Below, in pieces: positions 31,433 to 39,753 of a stretch of DNA of 64,000 bases (position 1 is its first letter; each line of letters begins with the position of its first letter). The notes under the pieces were generated by a model, which saw only the letters and a program-made list of their open reading frames with translations, was not told where the DNA came from and did no database searches. The stretch is from IMG/VR virus record IMGVR_UViG_3300030419_004954, positions 440-64,439 of that record; one strand, 5' to 3'. The DNA is from a virus. Its lineage: Duplodnaviria > Caudoviricetes. The translations under genes and the position numbers were made by a program.

Positions 31433-32614
31433 ATGTCATTTTATAAGTTTACAGAAGACGATCTTTTTACAAACACGATAGAGGCGTATCCTGAATACAG
31501 CTTCTATGTCGTTACTAGCTCAATTTATATAAATAATGTTCCAAATCTTTCAGGTGCAGCCACGAGCAACATCTTTGGTGTGCCTGATGGGTTTATCTCA
31601 CTTTATGAATATAACATCGATCGTGGTGCTGGTTACAGCATATATCCCTTCTTGGTCAAAGACGGATTCAAGAACACATTTAAGTCTTACAATACGGGAT
31701 CTTACAGGATAGCGCAGTACGGCACGCAGATAACATCAAGTTATCAATTATCCTCATCAATTAAGAGATTTTACTACGACACCAGTGCAACGGGTTCTTC
31801 TCGAAAGTATTTGTTTCCGCTCAAGAATACTTTAAATTATTACACGTATTTGTCTCCACGATACGCTTATTCAGGGTCTTTTGGAAACAAGGACGAAGAA
31901 ATTGTAAATTTAATTGATGTCCCATCTATCTTTTACGGATCTTCAATCAAGAAAGGTTCCGTCTCGCTTAAACTGTATGTCTCTGGTGCTTTGATCGCAG
32001 AACTCCAAGACAAAAACTACAACGGTGATTTGATCCAAGTATCTGGTTCAACTTACGCTCAGGCACAAGGAAGCGGCAAGGTTGCTGGGTCTGTTTTATA
32101 TAACGAAGGATTCATAGTCCTTACCGGCTCTTGGGACCTCGATGGTACACTCATTGACTACCTCGGCACCGGCACAGGTGTGAAATCAAAATGGATCTAC
32201 TTCGCTGCTGGTGCAAATGATTCGTTGGGTGCAACGAATGTAGGTTTTGGAAGCGCAAGTTTTGCTATCGATTATAAGGGAACAACGCATACACAGACCA
32301 TGACCATGTTCGCCCACGCCAGAGCCGGAGAGCTTAATTATTCAAACAATCCCACATATTTAAAATATAACGAACCAAACTACAAGAATGCATCAACCGG
32401 ATCGTCAGTCTATGGCGAAAGACCAGTGGGAATAAACAATAACGTAAATTCAGACTTTACAGATGTAGAACCAGATTTCCAAAAGATAACTTATATTTCA
32501 AAAGTAGGCTTGTATGATGAGAATAAAAACCTTATCGGCGTCGCCAAAGTTGCAACGCCTGTAAGAAAGACACCAAAAAGTAACTATACTTTTAAGTTAA
32601 AGCTTGATATTTAA
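31433..32614 (+). CDS. Putative tail/baseplate protein, paralog of 30320..31426
   Basis: C-terminal LNYSNNPTY...YISKVGLYDENKNLIGVAKVATPVRK...KLDI; shared IKKG[TS] and G..[LY]Y..G motifs. Confidence 0.55.
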   Translation: MSFYKFTEDDLFTNTIEAYPEYSFYVVTSSIYINNVPNLSGAATSNIFGVPDGFISLYEYNIDRGAGYSIYPFLVKDGFKNTFKSYNTGSYRIAQYGTQITSSYQLSSSIKRFYYDTSATGSSRKYLFPLKNTLNYYTYLSPRYAYSGSFGNKDEEIVNLIDVPSIFYGSSIKKGSVSLKLYVSGALIAELQDKNYNGDLIQVSGSTYAQAQGSGKVAGSVLYNEGFIVLTGSWDLDGTLIDYLGTGTGVKSKWIYFAAGANDSLGATNVGFGSASFAIDYKGTTHTQTMTMFAHARAGELNYSNNPTYLKYNEPNYKNASTGSSVYGERPVGINNNVNSDFTDVEPDFQKITYISKVGLYDENKNLIGVAKVATPVRKTPKSNYTFKLKLDI

Positions 32615-32631
32615 TATAAAGGAATGTGTAA

Positions 32632-33264
32632 ATGGCCTACTATAAAAAGTGGAAACAATTTTTGAAAGAAGCAACTTTAAACGAAGCGGCAAAAGGAATC
32701 AACGACCTTACCGATAATATGTATATTAAGATAACTGATACAAGTGATCCTTCGTCCGACTACCAAGGTTTTGAAATTGATCTTATCGACCAGTCAAGAG
32801 AGGAAGGCAAAATCGGTGGAATTAATATGATTATACATGATTTACCAGACGGCAATCGTCTCGCTGTACCTCACTCGCATGCAGAAAAAGGCTGGGGACC
32901 TTTCCTTTATGATATTGCAATGCAGTTAGCAACAGAAAATCTTGGCGTTTATCTTGCCTCCAATGAAACCCTTTCTGCTTTGTATCGCATCCGCGACCCC
33001 GATTACGAATTTTTGCGGCGGCCCGATACAAGCGAAAAAGCTCAAGCAGTTTACAAGTATTATTATGATAACAGAACTGATGTTAGACGTGAGCACATAA
33101 CTGATGTTTTGTTTGATATGGACATCAATATAAAAGAACTTGGCCCCGATGCAAAAGAAAATATAAAAAACCTACCGGAGGAGCTTCGATATTTTTATGC
33201 GTGGGACGGTGATGATCTTATTGGAGAACTTGAAGATATTGGTGCAGTTGATTACGTCAAATAA
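32632..33264 (+). CDS. Hypothetical protein, possible GNAT-fold acetyltransferase with a phage N-terminal leader
   Basis: AEKGWGPFLYDIAM resembles GNAT motif A (xxGxGxxL); TSEKAQAVY resembles motif B; N-terminal WKQFLKEATLNE. Confidence 0.4.
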   Translation: MAYYKKWKQFLKEATLNEAAKGINDLTDNMYIKITDTSDPSSDYQGFEIDLIDQSREEGKIGGINMIIHDLPDGNRLAVPHSHAEKGWGPFLYDIAMQLATENLGVYLASNETLSALYRIRDPDYEFLRRPDTSEKAQAVYKYYYDNRTDVRREHITDVLFDMDINIKELGPDAKENIKNLPEELRYFYAWDGDDLIGELEDIGAVDYVK

Positions 33265-33269
33265 AATAC

Positions 33270-33298
33270 TTGACAAACTAAAAAAAATATGTTATAAT
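33270..33298 (+). promoter_or_regulatory. Consensus sigma70 promoter (TTGACA-N17-TATAAT, extended TG) for ruvC
   Basis: TTGACA 33270-33275, 17 nt spacer, TATAAT 33293-33298. Confidence 0.85.
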
Positions 33299-33306
33299 AT
33301 ACTATT

Positions 33307-33858
33307 ATGAGTTTAAATAGAGTTATTTTAGGTTTGGACATTAGCACCTCACGAATTGGTATTGCCGCCGTCACAACAGATGAAAATCTTGTGTTTGCCG
33401 ATACAATATCATTTAAGAAGAAAGAAATGCCGCTTCTCACCCGTGCCTTTTTATTTGAGAATACGATTGGGAAGATTTTAAAAGTAGAGCAGATGCACCC
33501 GATGGCTGTGTATGTTGAAGAACCATTTACTATGTTCTCTGGCGGACGCACCACTGCTAACACTATGGCCAAGCTTCAGCGGTTCAATGGTATGTGTTGT
33601 TACGCCATCCGACGAGGCATCTATAACATGGATCCCGAATTGATCCCTGCGCGGACTTGCCGATCCCTAAACGAGATCAAGATACCCCGAGGTTCTAACA
33701 CAAAGCAGTTGATCATCGATTGGGTCTCACAGAAGTATCCAAAAGACTTTAAATACGAACTGACCAGACACGGCAACCCAAAGCCCGGAACTGATGATAA
33801 AGCAGATGCTGTTGTTGTTGCCCTTGCAGGACTGAAGAAATTCAAAGAAAACGCTTGA
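33307..33858 (+). CDS. ruvC: RuvC-like Holliday junction resolvase
   Basis: ILGLDISTSRIG, VYVEE and DDKADAVVVA catalytic acidic motifs of the RNase H fold. Confidence 0.8.
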   Translation: MSLNRVILGLDISTSRIGIAAVTTDENLVFADTISFKKKEMPLLTRAFLFENTIGKILKVEQMHPMAVYVEEPFTMFSGGRTTANTMAKLQRFNGMCCYAIRRGIYNMDPELIPARTCRSLNEIKIPRGSNTKQLIIDWVSQKYPKDFKYELTRHGNPKPGTDDKADAVVVALAGLKKFKENA

Positions 33859-33884
33859 CAAATTTTCTCATCATGTTATATTAT
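33855..33884 (+). promoter_or_regulatory. sigma70-like promoter for the primase gene
   Basis: TTGACA 33855-33860; TG-n-TATATT/TATTAT at 33877-33884. Confidence 0.7.
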
Positions 33885-33897
33885 AGATGAGGCACAC

Positions 33898-34833
33898 ATG
33901 AACGAGAAAATTAAAATCATCAACGACATACTTGGTTCATATCATCGATCCAAGAATGAACACTTATATTCTTGTCCATATTGCGGTCATCATAAGAAGA
34001 AGATGTCCGTAAACTTTAGCAAGAATTATTTTAAATGTTGGGTTTGCGATACCCGTGGTAAAAACATTTACCGCATGGTACGCAGATTCGGAACATATGA
34101 TCAGCGCCAAAAATGGCTTCAGCTTGATGGGCGTCTTGATTTATCTGAATTCGATAAATTCTTTTCAGAAATAAATGATGAGGTGGTTGAGCAAACTGTT
34201 TCCATACCTGATGAATTTGTCTCATTGTGCAACAAGAAGCTTCCAATGTCTTCAATAAAGGCGATAGAATATCTAAAGTCTAGAGGACTATCCAAGGAAG
34301 ATATACTCAAGTGGAAAATCGGATACTGCACAGGAGGAAAGTATGGTGGTCGAATCATTATCCCCAGTTTTAACTGGGACGGTAGCGCTAATTATTTTAT
34401 TGCTCGTTCTTTTGTTAATAACAACAGACGATACCTAAATCCACCAGTGGGAAGAGATATTGTCTTTAATGAACTTTATGTTGATTGGGATGAAGATGTT
34501 GTATTGGTTGAGGGCGTTTTTGATGCAATAACTGTGGGCTCTAATGCAATACCCATTCTTGGGTCCACTTTGCGTGAAAACTCTCGTTTATTTCAACAAA
34601 TTGTTCTCAACGATACACCAGTCTACTTAGCACTCGATCACGATGCTGAAAAGAAAAGAAATTGGATAATTAAATCCTTTTTAAGGTACGACATAGAACT
34701 ATATATAATTGATACATCAGGTTATGAGGATATTGGATCAATGAGCAGAGAAGAGTTCTTAATCAGGAAGGAAGCCGCTCGTGTTGCTGATCTAGATGAA
34801 ATTATGATTTTTGATAAGTTGAGAGCAATATAG
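33898..34833 (+). CDS. dnaG: DNA primase (Zn finger + TOPRIM; T4 gp61/DnaG-like)
   Basis: CPYC...CWVC zinc finger; YLKSRG, RIIIP, LVEGVFDA and ALDHDA TOPRIM motifs. Confidence 0.9.
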   Translation: MNEKIKIINDILGSYHRSKNEHLYSCPYCGHHKKKMSVNFSKNYFKCWVCDTRGKNIYRMVRRFGTYDQRQKWLQLDGRLDLSEFDKFFSEINDEVVEQTVSIPDEFVSLCNKKLPMSSIKAIEYLKSRGLSKEDILKWKIGYCTGGKYGGRIIIPSFNWDGSANYFIARSFVNNNRRYLNPPVGRDIVFNELYVDWDEDVVLVEGVFDAITVGSNAIPILGSTLRENSRLFQQIVLNDTPVYLALDHDAEKKRNWIIKSFLRYDIELYIIDTSGYEDIGSMSREEFLIRKEAARVADLDEIMIFDKLRAI

Positions 34834-34835
34834 GC

Positions 34836-35030
34836 ATGGAAATAGGAGACTTGGTTCAATTCAATGAATCAATGAGAAAGAAACGTTTATCATACTATTT
34901 ATCTGCGCATCATTCAATAGATGATATTGGAATCGTTGTTGATGTTAAGGAGTTCATGGTTGACGTTTATTGGATCAAGAAGAAAAGAATCACACCAATT
35001 TCAAGACCACTTCTTATAAAAATTACTTGA
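34836..35030 (+). CDS. Small hypothetical protein (SH3/KOW-like pattern)
   Basis: 64 aa; MEIGDLVQF...IGIVVDV...VDVYW pattern common in phage small ORFs. Confidence 0.55.
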   Translation: MEIGDLVQFNESMRKKRLSYYLSAHHSIDDIGIVVDVKEFMVDVYWIKKKRITPISRPLLIKIT

Positions 35031-35055
35031 CAGAATATACAAAATAGGTTATATT
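35027..35055 (+). promoter_or_regulatory. sigma70-like promoter for the lipoprotein genes
   Basis: TTGACA 35027-35032, 17 nt spacer, TATATT 35050-35055. Confidence 0.7.
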
Positions 35056-35084
35056 ATAAACACTCAAAAATAGGAGACTGACTA

Positions 35085-35231
35085 ATGAGTATTTTACTTT
35101 ATGGTATGCTTTTTGCATGCTCCGGCGATAAAGCCGATGATAGCGCCGTTGCTGAAGAACCAGCATCAGAACCAGCAGCAGAGATTGTTGATTCAGGCGA
35201 AGATACAGCAGAAGAATCAGGAGAAGAATAA
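35085..35231 (+). CDS. Small acidic lipoprotein (48 aa, missed by the ORF track)
   Basis: Read by hand: MSILLYGMLFACSGDKADDSAVAEEPASEPAAEIVDSGEDTAEESGEE*; SD AGGAG upstream; lipobox-like LFAC; stop abuts the next ATG. Confidence 0.75.
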   Translation: MSILLYGMLFACSGDKADDSAVAEEPASEPAAEIVDSGEDTAEESGEE

Positions 35232-35507
35232 ATGACTATGCTATTATCACTACTCATTGCTTGCGGTGGAAACACCACAGACAATACTGAGGAACTTGTT
35301 ACTACCGAAGCAACGGTAACTGATGAGGGACTTGAAGTTGTTGAAACCACCACAAATGAAGATGGTAATACAACAACTACTACAAACGTTAACGGTACGA
35401 CTACTGAGAATACCGAAGGCGTTGAGGGCGAAACTACTGGTGAAAACACTGGTGGCGAAACCACAGAAAATACTGAAAATACAGAAACTACGAACGATAA
35501 CGAGTAG
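35232..35507 (+). CDS. Small Thr/Glu-rich lipoprotein
   Basis: MTMLLSLLIAC-GG lipobox followed by low-complexity T/E/N repeats. Confidence 0.75.
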   Translation: MTMLLSLLIACGGNTTDNTEELVTTEATVTDEGLEVVETTTNEDGNTTTTTNVNGTTTENTEGVEGETTGENTGGETTENTENTETTNDNE

Positions 35508-35512
35508 TTCAC

Positions 35513-35549
35513 AGGGTTTGCGGCTCCCTTCAAAAGCCGCTTTTCTTTT
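35513..35549 (+). terminator. Hairpin + U-tract that can also form an H-type pseudoknot
   Basis: GCGGCT(35520-25)/AGCCGC(35535-40) stem followed by TTTTCTTTT; AGGG(35513-16) can pair with loop CCCT(35526-29). Confidence 0.55.
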
Positions 35550-35560
35550 ATGGAGGACAA

Positions 35561-35878
35561 ATGAAAGAGATAGCAGACGGAAACTACAGGGATTCAATAC
35601 GAGACGGCATCACATTGGTAGATTTTTTTGCCCCATGGTGCATGCCTTGCCGACGAATGGAACAACACATAGAAGCATTAGCAGATGCTAATCCGGAGCT
35701 AAATGTTTATAAATATGATGTAGATAAAGGCGTAGACATTTGGAACAAAGTTAAAAACGAATTTGGGATTATGTCCATTCCTTTCGTGATTATTTATCGC
35801 GAAGGCGAAGTCGTATCCACGTCAATAGGGTTTAGAACAAAGGAACAATTACAAAATTTACTTGACAACATCCGATAA
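35561..35878 (+). CDS. trxA: Thioredoxin
   Basis: LVDFFAPWCMPC active site, FGIMSIP cis-Pro motif, 105 aa; SD GGAGG. Confidence 0.9.
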   Translation: MKEIADGNYRDSIRDGITLVDFFAPWCMPCRRMEQHIEALADANPELNVYKYDVDKGVDIWNKVKNEFGIMSIPFVIIYREGEVVSTSIGFRTKEQLQNLLDNIR

Positions 35879-35890
35879 ATGTGATACACT
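35862..35890 (+). promoter_or_regulatory. sigma70-like promoter for the SbcD-SbcC fusion
   Basis: TTGACA 35862-35867, 17 nt spacer, TG-n-TACACT 35885-35890; SD AGGAGG downstream. Confidence 0.7.
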
Positions 35891-35906
35891 ATAAGCAGGA
35901 GGTTGT

Positions 35907-38900
35907 ATGCTAATCGCACACATTTCAGACACACATATTAGAAACTTAAAATATCATTACGAATACCGACAGGCATTTGAAGATTTATATGATAAACTCA
36001 GAAACCAGAAGCCAGATATAATTGTACACACGGGCGACATAGCCCATACAAAAACTCAATTATCACCAGAATACTTCGAGCTAACCTCGGAGTTTCTTGC
36101 TTCATTGGCTAATATTGCCCCGCTTTATGTGATCCTTGGAAACCATGATGGAAACCTTAAAAACTTCGAACGACAGGACGCTTTAACTCCAATCGTAGAG
36201 GCTTTGGATCACAAGAACATTCATCTCCTTAAAGATTCAGGCGAGACGTTTTTGGACAACGATATTGTCTTAAACGTTCTTTCGGTTTTTGATAGAGAGA
36301 ATTGGGTCAAGCCCACAGACAATTCAAAGATAAACATTGCGCTTTATCACGGATCTATTTCAGGTTGTGAAACGGGCCAAGGGTTTGTTATTTCGCATGG
36401 TGACGACACAGCGAACATCTTTAGCGATTTTGACTTTGCGATGCTTGGAGATATACACAAGCGTCAACAGATGGACACAGAGGGTCGTGTGTGGTATGCA
36501 GGATCAACCGTCCAGCAGAACTTTGGCGAATCCCTTCGTAAAGGCTATTTGCTTTGGAACATTAGAACAAAAGACGATTGGGACATGGAGTTCCATGCGA
36601 TCAGAAATCCTCGTCCATTCATCACAGTCAGACTAGAACAAGATGGGACACTGCCTGAGACGCATGTGCCTCGTGATTCATATTTAAGAATTGTATCCAG
36701 TTACAATCTGCCTTTGACCAAACTTAGGCAAGCAGTATCAACTGCTGAGGCCAAGTGGCGCCCTCATTCAATTACTTATGTAAACAAAGGTGTTGCAGGG
36801 TCATCACAGAACCAAGGTATGCTTGCTGATGGTAGATTTGAGAATCTTCGAGATATAAACATCCAAGAAGAAATGATAGAAGAATATCTTATTAATAAAG
36901 AACTTGATGATGGAGTTCTTGATAAAGTCTTGGAGCACAACCGACATTATAACCGCGTTGCTGAATCTCAAGAAGAGGTCTCTCGTAATGTAATATGGTC
37001 TGTAAAAGAGATGCAGTGGGACAACTTGTTTAACTACGGAGAGAAGAATAAATTAAGTTTTGAAAACCTCAACGGTATTGTTGGGATCTTCGGCAAGAAC
37101 TATTCAGGCAAGTCATCAATTGTTGACTCTGCCCTTTACTCTCTATTCAACACCACTTCAAAAGGTGAGCGTAAAAATGTTCACATTATCAATCAAAATA
37201 AAGACAAAGCACGCGGTCGCATAGATATCCAAGTTGGAGACAATCTGTATAGAATTACTCGTAATCTGGCGAAATATGAAAAGAAACTGCGAGGTAAAAC
37301 GACCGTCGAAGCGAAGGTGGAACTTGACTTTGCCGTTTATAATGGTGAGGAGTGGGAGTCTCTCAACGGGACATCTCGCAACCAGACCGATGCAAACATC
37401 CGGAGACACTTTGGTACAATTGAAGATTTTCTTTTGACCTCCATGGCTTCGCAGATGGACTCCCTATCTTTTGTAAAAGAGGGATCAACCAAACGAAAAG
37501 AGATTCTTGCAAAGTTTCTTGACCTTGATTTGTTTGACGCCAAGTTTAAATTGGCTAAAAAAGATTTATCAGAAAAAAAATCTGTTATTAAACATTTGCG
37601 TTCAATGAATTGGGATCTTGAGATTGGTAAAAAACAAGATATTCTTGATGATATTGAAATCGATATCAAAGAGAAGACTGAAAGGTGCAAAGAGATAGAC
37701 ATTGAATTAAAAACAATGATTGCTCAACTTGAAGAGATCAACGAAGCGATTGATGCAATTCCCGCAGAGATTATTGACATAGCCGATGTTAACAAACGGA
37801 TTCAACAAAAGGAGAATCACACCGCATCACTGCTTACTAAAAACGCTTCTTTATCGTCGAAAACTTCTAACAATAGGCAAACTTTACAAGAGGTTATTGC
37901 CTTCGTCGATACATTTGATCTGAATGTGCTGTTAGAGGAAAAACAAAAGCATTCTGAACTACTTGACTCTAAATTTTCAAATTCTTCGGACATTCGTGAA
38001 GCAGAGACCGAAAAGAAAAGATTACAGAAGAAAATTAAGATGCTGGACAGCCATGAGTATGATCCTGATTGTAAGTTCTGTATTAATAACAAATTTGTTA
38101 AGGATGCAAAGAAAGCCGAGTCTGGCTTGAAGGACCTAAAAGGTCAGATGTCCAATCTGAAGATGCATGCCGAGAATATTGAGGGCAAACTATCTGAGTT
38201 AAACATTGAGGACATTGAAGAAAAGATTGCTTCTTATCACGAAGTTGTGTCTCGACGTGACTCTTTACAAACAGAGATAGAGCGAGATGCATTACAATTA
38301 GAAAGCAACATCAAACAGATCCAGATTAACAATACGGCTCTTGATGGCTTGATTAACTCTCGGGACCTATATGAAGAAAACCGAGAAGCGATTGAGAACA
38401 AAGAGGCATTCCTTGCTAAGCGTGATGAATATTCTCGACTGAGAGCAAGATTAATTGGGGAGCAAAAGGATTGTGAAGCACAACTTCAAGAGTTTTATAT
38501 TGAGAAAGGCTCAACCCAACAAGCCATCCAATCCTATGAAGAGCGCAAACAAGAACTCTCGTCCATAGAAAAAGAATTTATGGCTTTGGATTTATTTCTT
38601 CAGTGCATGCACCCGAATGGTATTGCGTACAATGTAATTCGTCAAATGCTTCCGGTAATTAATGAAGAGATTGCTAAAGTTTTGACCTCTATTGTTGACT
38701 TTGAGGTATTCTTCGTGGACAATGGAAAGTCTTTAGATATTATGTTAAAACACCCAAAATATGATGCTAGACCCATGTCTATGGGCTCTGGCGCAGAGAA
38801 GACACTATCCGCTATGGCTATCCGTCTTGCTTTGATTTCAATAACGAATTTGCCAAAATCGGAACTATTTATATTGGATGAACCAGCCACTGCTTTGGAT

Positions 38901-39056
38901 CAAGAACATATGGATGGGTTTGTTAAGATGCTTGAGATGATTAAGTCTCAATTTAAGACCGTCTTGCTTATCTCTCACCTTGATTCTTTAAAAGATTGCG
39001 CTGACTTAACTATTGATATTCAAAAGAAAAAAGGATATGCGAGGGTAAATTTATGA
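35907..39056 (+). CDS. Fused Mre11/SbcD nuclease - Rad50/SbcC ATPase (T4 gp47-gp46-like)
   Basis: N-terminal metallophosphoesterase motifs SDTH, GD, GNHD, GDIH; Walker A GKNYSGKSS; coiled coil with CKFC Zn hook; signature SGAE; Walker B ILDEPATALD; ISH. Confidence 0.9.
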   Translation: MLIAHISDTHIRNLKYHYEYRQAFEDLYDKLRNQKPDIIVHTGDIAHTKTQLSPEYFELTSEFLASLANIAPLYVILGNHDGNLKNFERQDALTPIVEALDHKNIHLLKDSGETFLDNDIVLNVLSVFDRENWVKPTDNSKINIALYHGSISGCETGQGFVISHGDDTANIFSDFDFAMLGDIHKRQQMDTEGRVWYAGSTVQQNFGESLRKGYLLWNIRTKDDWDMEFHAIRNPRPFITVRLEQDGTLPETHVPRDSYLRIVSSYNLPLTKLRQAVSTAEAKWRPHSITYVNKGVAGSSQNQGMLADGRFENLRDINIQEEMIEEYLINKELDDGVLDKVLEHNRHYNRVAESQEEVSRNVIWSVKEMQWDNLFNYGEKNKLSFENLNGIVGIFGKNYSGKSSIVDSALYSLFNTTSKGERKNVHIINQNKDKARGRIDIQVGDNLYRITRNLAKYEKKLRGKTTVEAKVELDFAVYNGEEWESLNGTSRNQTDANIRRHFGTIEDFLLTSMASQMDSLSFVKEGSTKRKEILAKFLDLDLFDAKFKLAKKDLSEKKSVIKHLRSMNWDLEIGKKQDILDDIEIDIKEKTERCKEIDIELKTMIAQLEEINEAIDAIPAEIIDIADVNKRIQQKENHTASLLTKNASLSSKTSNNRQTLQEVIAFVDTFDLNVLLEEKQKHSELLDSKFSNSSDIREAETEKKRLQKKIKMLDSHEYDPDCKFCINNKFVKDAKKAESGLKDLKGQMSNLKMHAENIEGKLSELNIEDIEEKIASYHEVVSRRDSLQTEIERDALQLESNIKQIQINNTALDGLINSRDLYEENREAIENKEAFLAKRDEYSRLRARLIGEQKDCEAQLQEFYIEKGSTQQAIQSYEERKQELSSIEKEFMALDLFLQCMHPNGIAYNVIRQMLPVINEEIAKVLTSIVDFEVFFVDNGKSLDIMLKHPKYDARPMSMGSGAEKTLSAMAIRLALISITNLPKSELFILDEPATALDQEHMDGFVKMLEMIKSQFKTVLLISHLDSLKDCADLTIDIQKKKGYARVNL

Positions 39057-39352
39057 GTTTAGAAGATATAAAAGACGAAGCAAAAGAAGCAGTAGCTTCT
39101 GTCGCCAAAGGTCGCATCCGTAGAGTTGCCGACAGCGTTGTTAAGGGCGTCGCCTCTTTGGGAAACAAAGGCGGCTTACTTGATACCATTCTTGGTAAAG
39201 TAATTTCTCGCAAATTGTTGGTATTTGGAACAGCCACTTACCTTCTTGCAACCGCTGGTCTTGATTCTGATACTTGGGGCTTGATCGCCATTGTTTACAT
39301 TGGTGGCCAATCTGCTGTTGATACCATGAAGGCTTGGAGACACGGAAGATAG
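39053..39352 (+). CDS. Putative holin-like membrane protein
   Basis: 99 aa; SRK motif followed by two hydrophobic segments (LLVFGTATYLL; WGLIAIVYIGGQ). Confidence 0.45.
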   Translation: MSLEDIKDEAKEAVASVAKGRIRRVADSVVKGVASLGNKGGLLDTILGKVISRKLLVFGTATYLLATAGLDSDTWGLIAIVYIGGQSAVDTMKAWRHGR

Positions 39353-39753
39353 TGACGCTGCTTGCAATCAAAAAGTACTGGGATCTGACTTGCTCTTTCT
39401 GCAAAAACTATTGGAGGGGCTTAGTAGTTCTCGGTGCTATGTTGGTTTGCATATTATACGGCAAGAAAGTTGAAAAGAGATTAAAACTTGATCGTGCAAT
39501 GGCTTCGGCACAATGGAAAAAAGAAAAAAAAGCAATTGAAAAATCTTATGAGAATGAGATCCAAAAACGGCAAACCGCTAAAGAAACCTATGATAAAGCG
39601 ATTCAGGCCGCAGAAGAGAAGAAAGCCACAGCGACCTCTGAACTTGAGAAGACAAAAGCCGAAGAAGTAAAGAGCTTGCTTAAGAAAGCACGAGAAGATG
39701 CAGACGAGATCGATCGCATTTTAAAACAACAGTTTAACATAGAGGAAATATGA
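39352..39753 (+). CDS. Putative inner-membrane spanin-like protein
   Basis: Single N-terminal TM segment (GLVVLGAMLVCILYG) then a long coiled coil; GTG at 39352 overlapping the upstream TAG is the likely start. Confidence 0.4.
   Translation: MTLLAIKKYWDLTCSFCKNYWRGLVVLGAMLVCILYGKKVEKRLKLDRAMASAQWKKEKKAIEKSYENEIQKRQTAKETYDKAIQAAEEKKATATSELEKTKAEEVKSLLKKAREDADEIDRILKQQFNIEEI

Noticed and set aside
35505-35564. Stop-codon readthrough (TAG + pseudoknot) fusing the lipoprotein to thioredoxin
   Set aside because: The readthrough frame stops at TGA 35562-35564 after ~18 codons and is out of frame with thioredoxin
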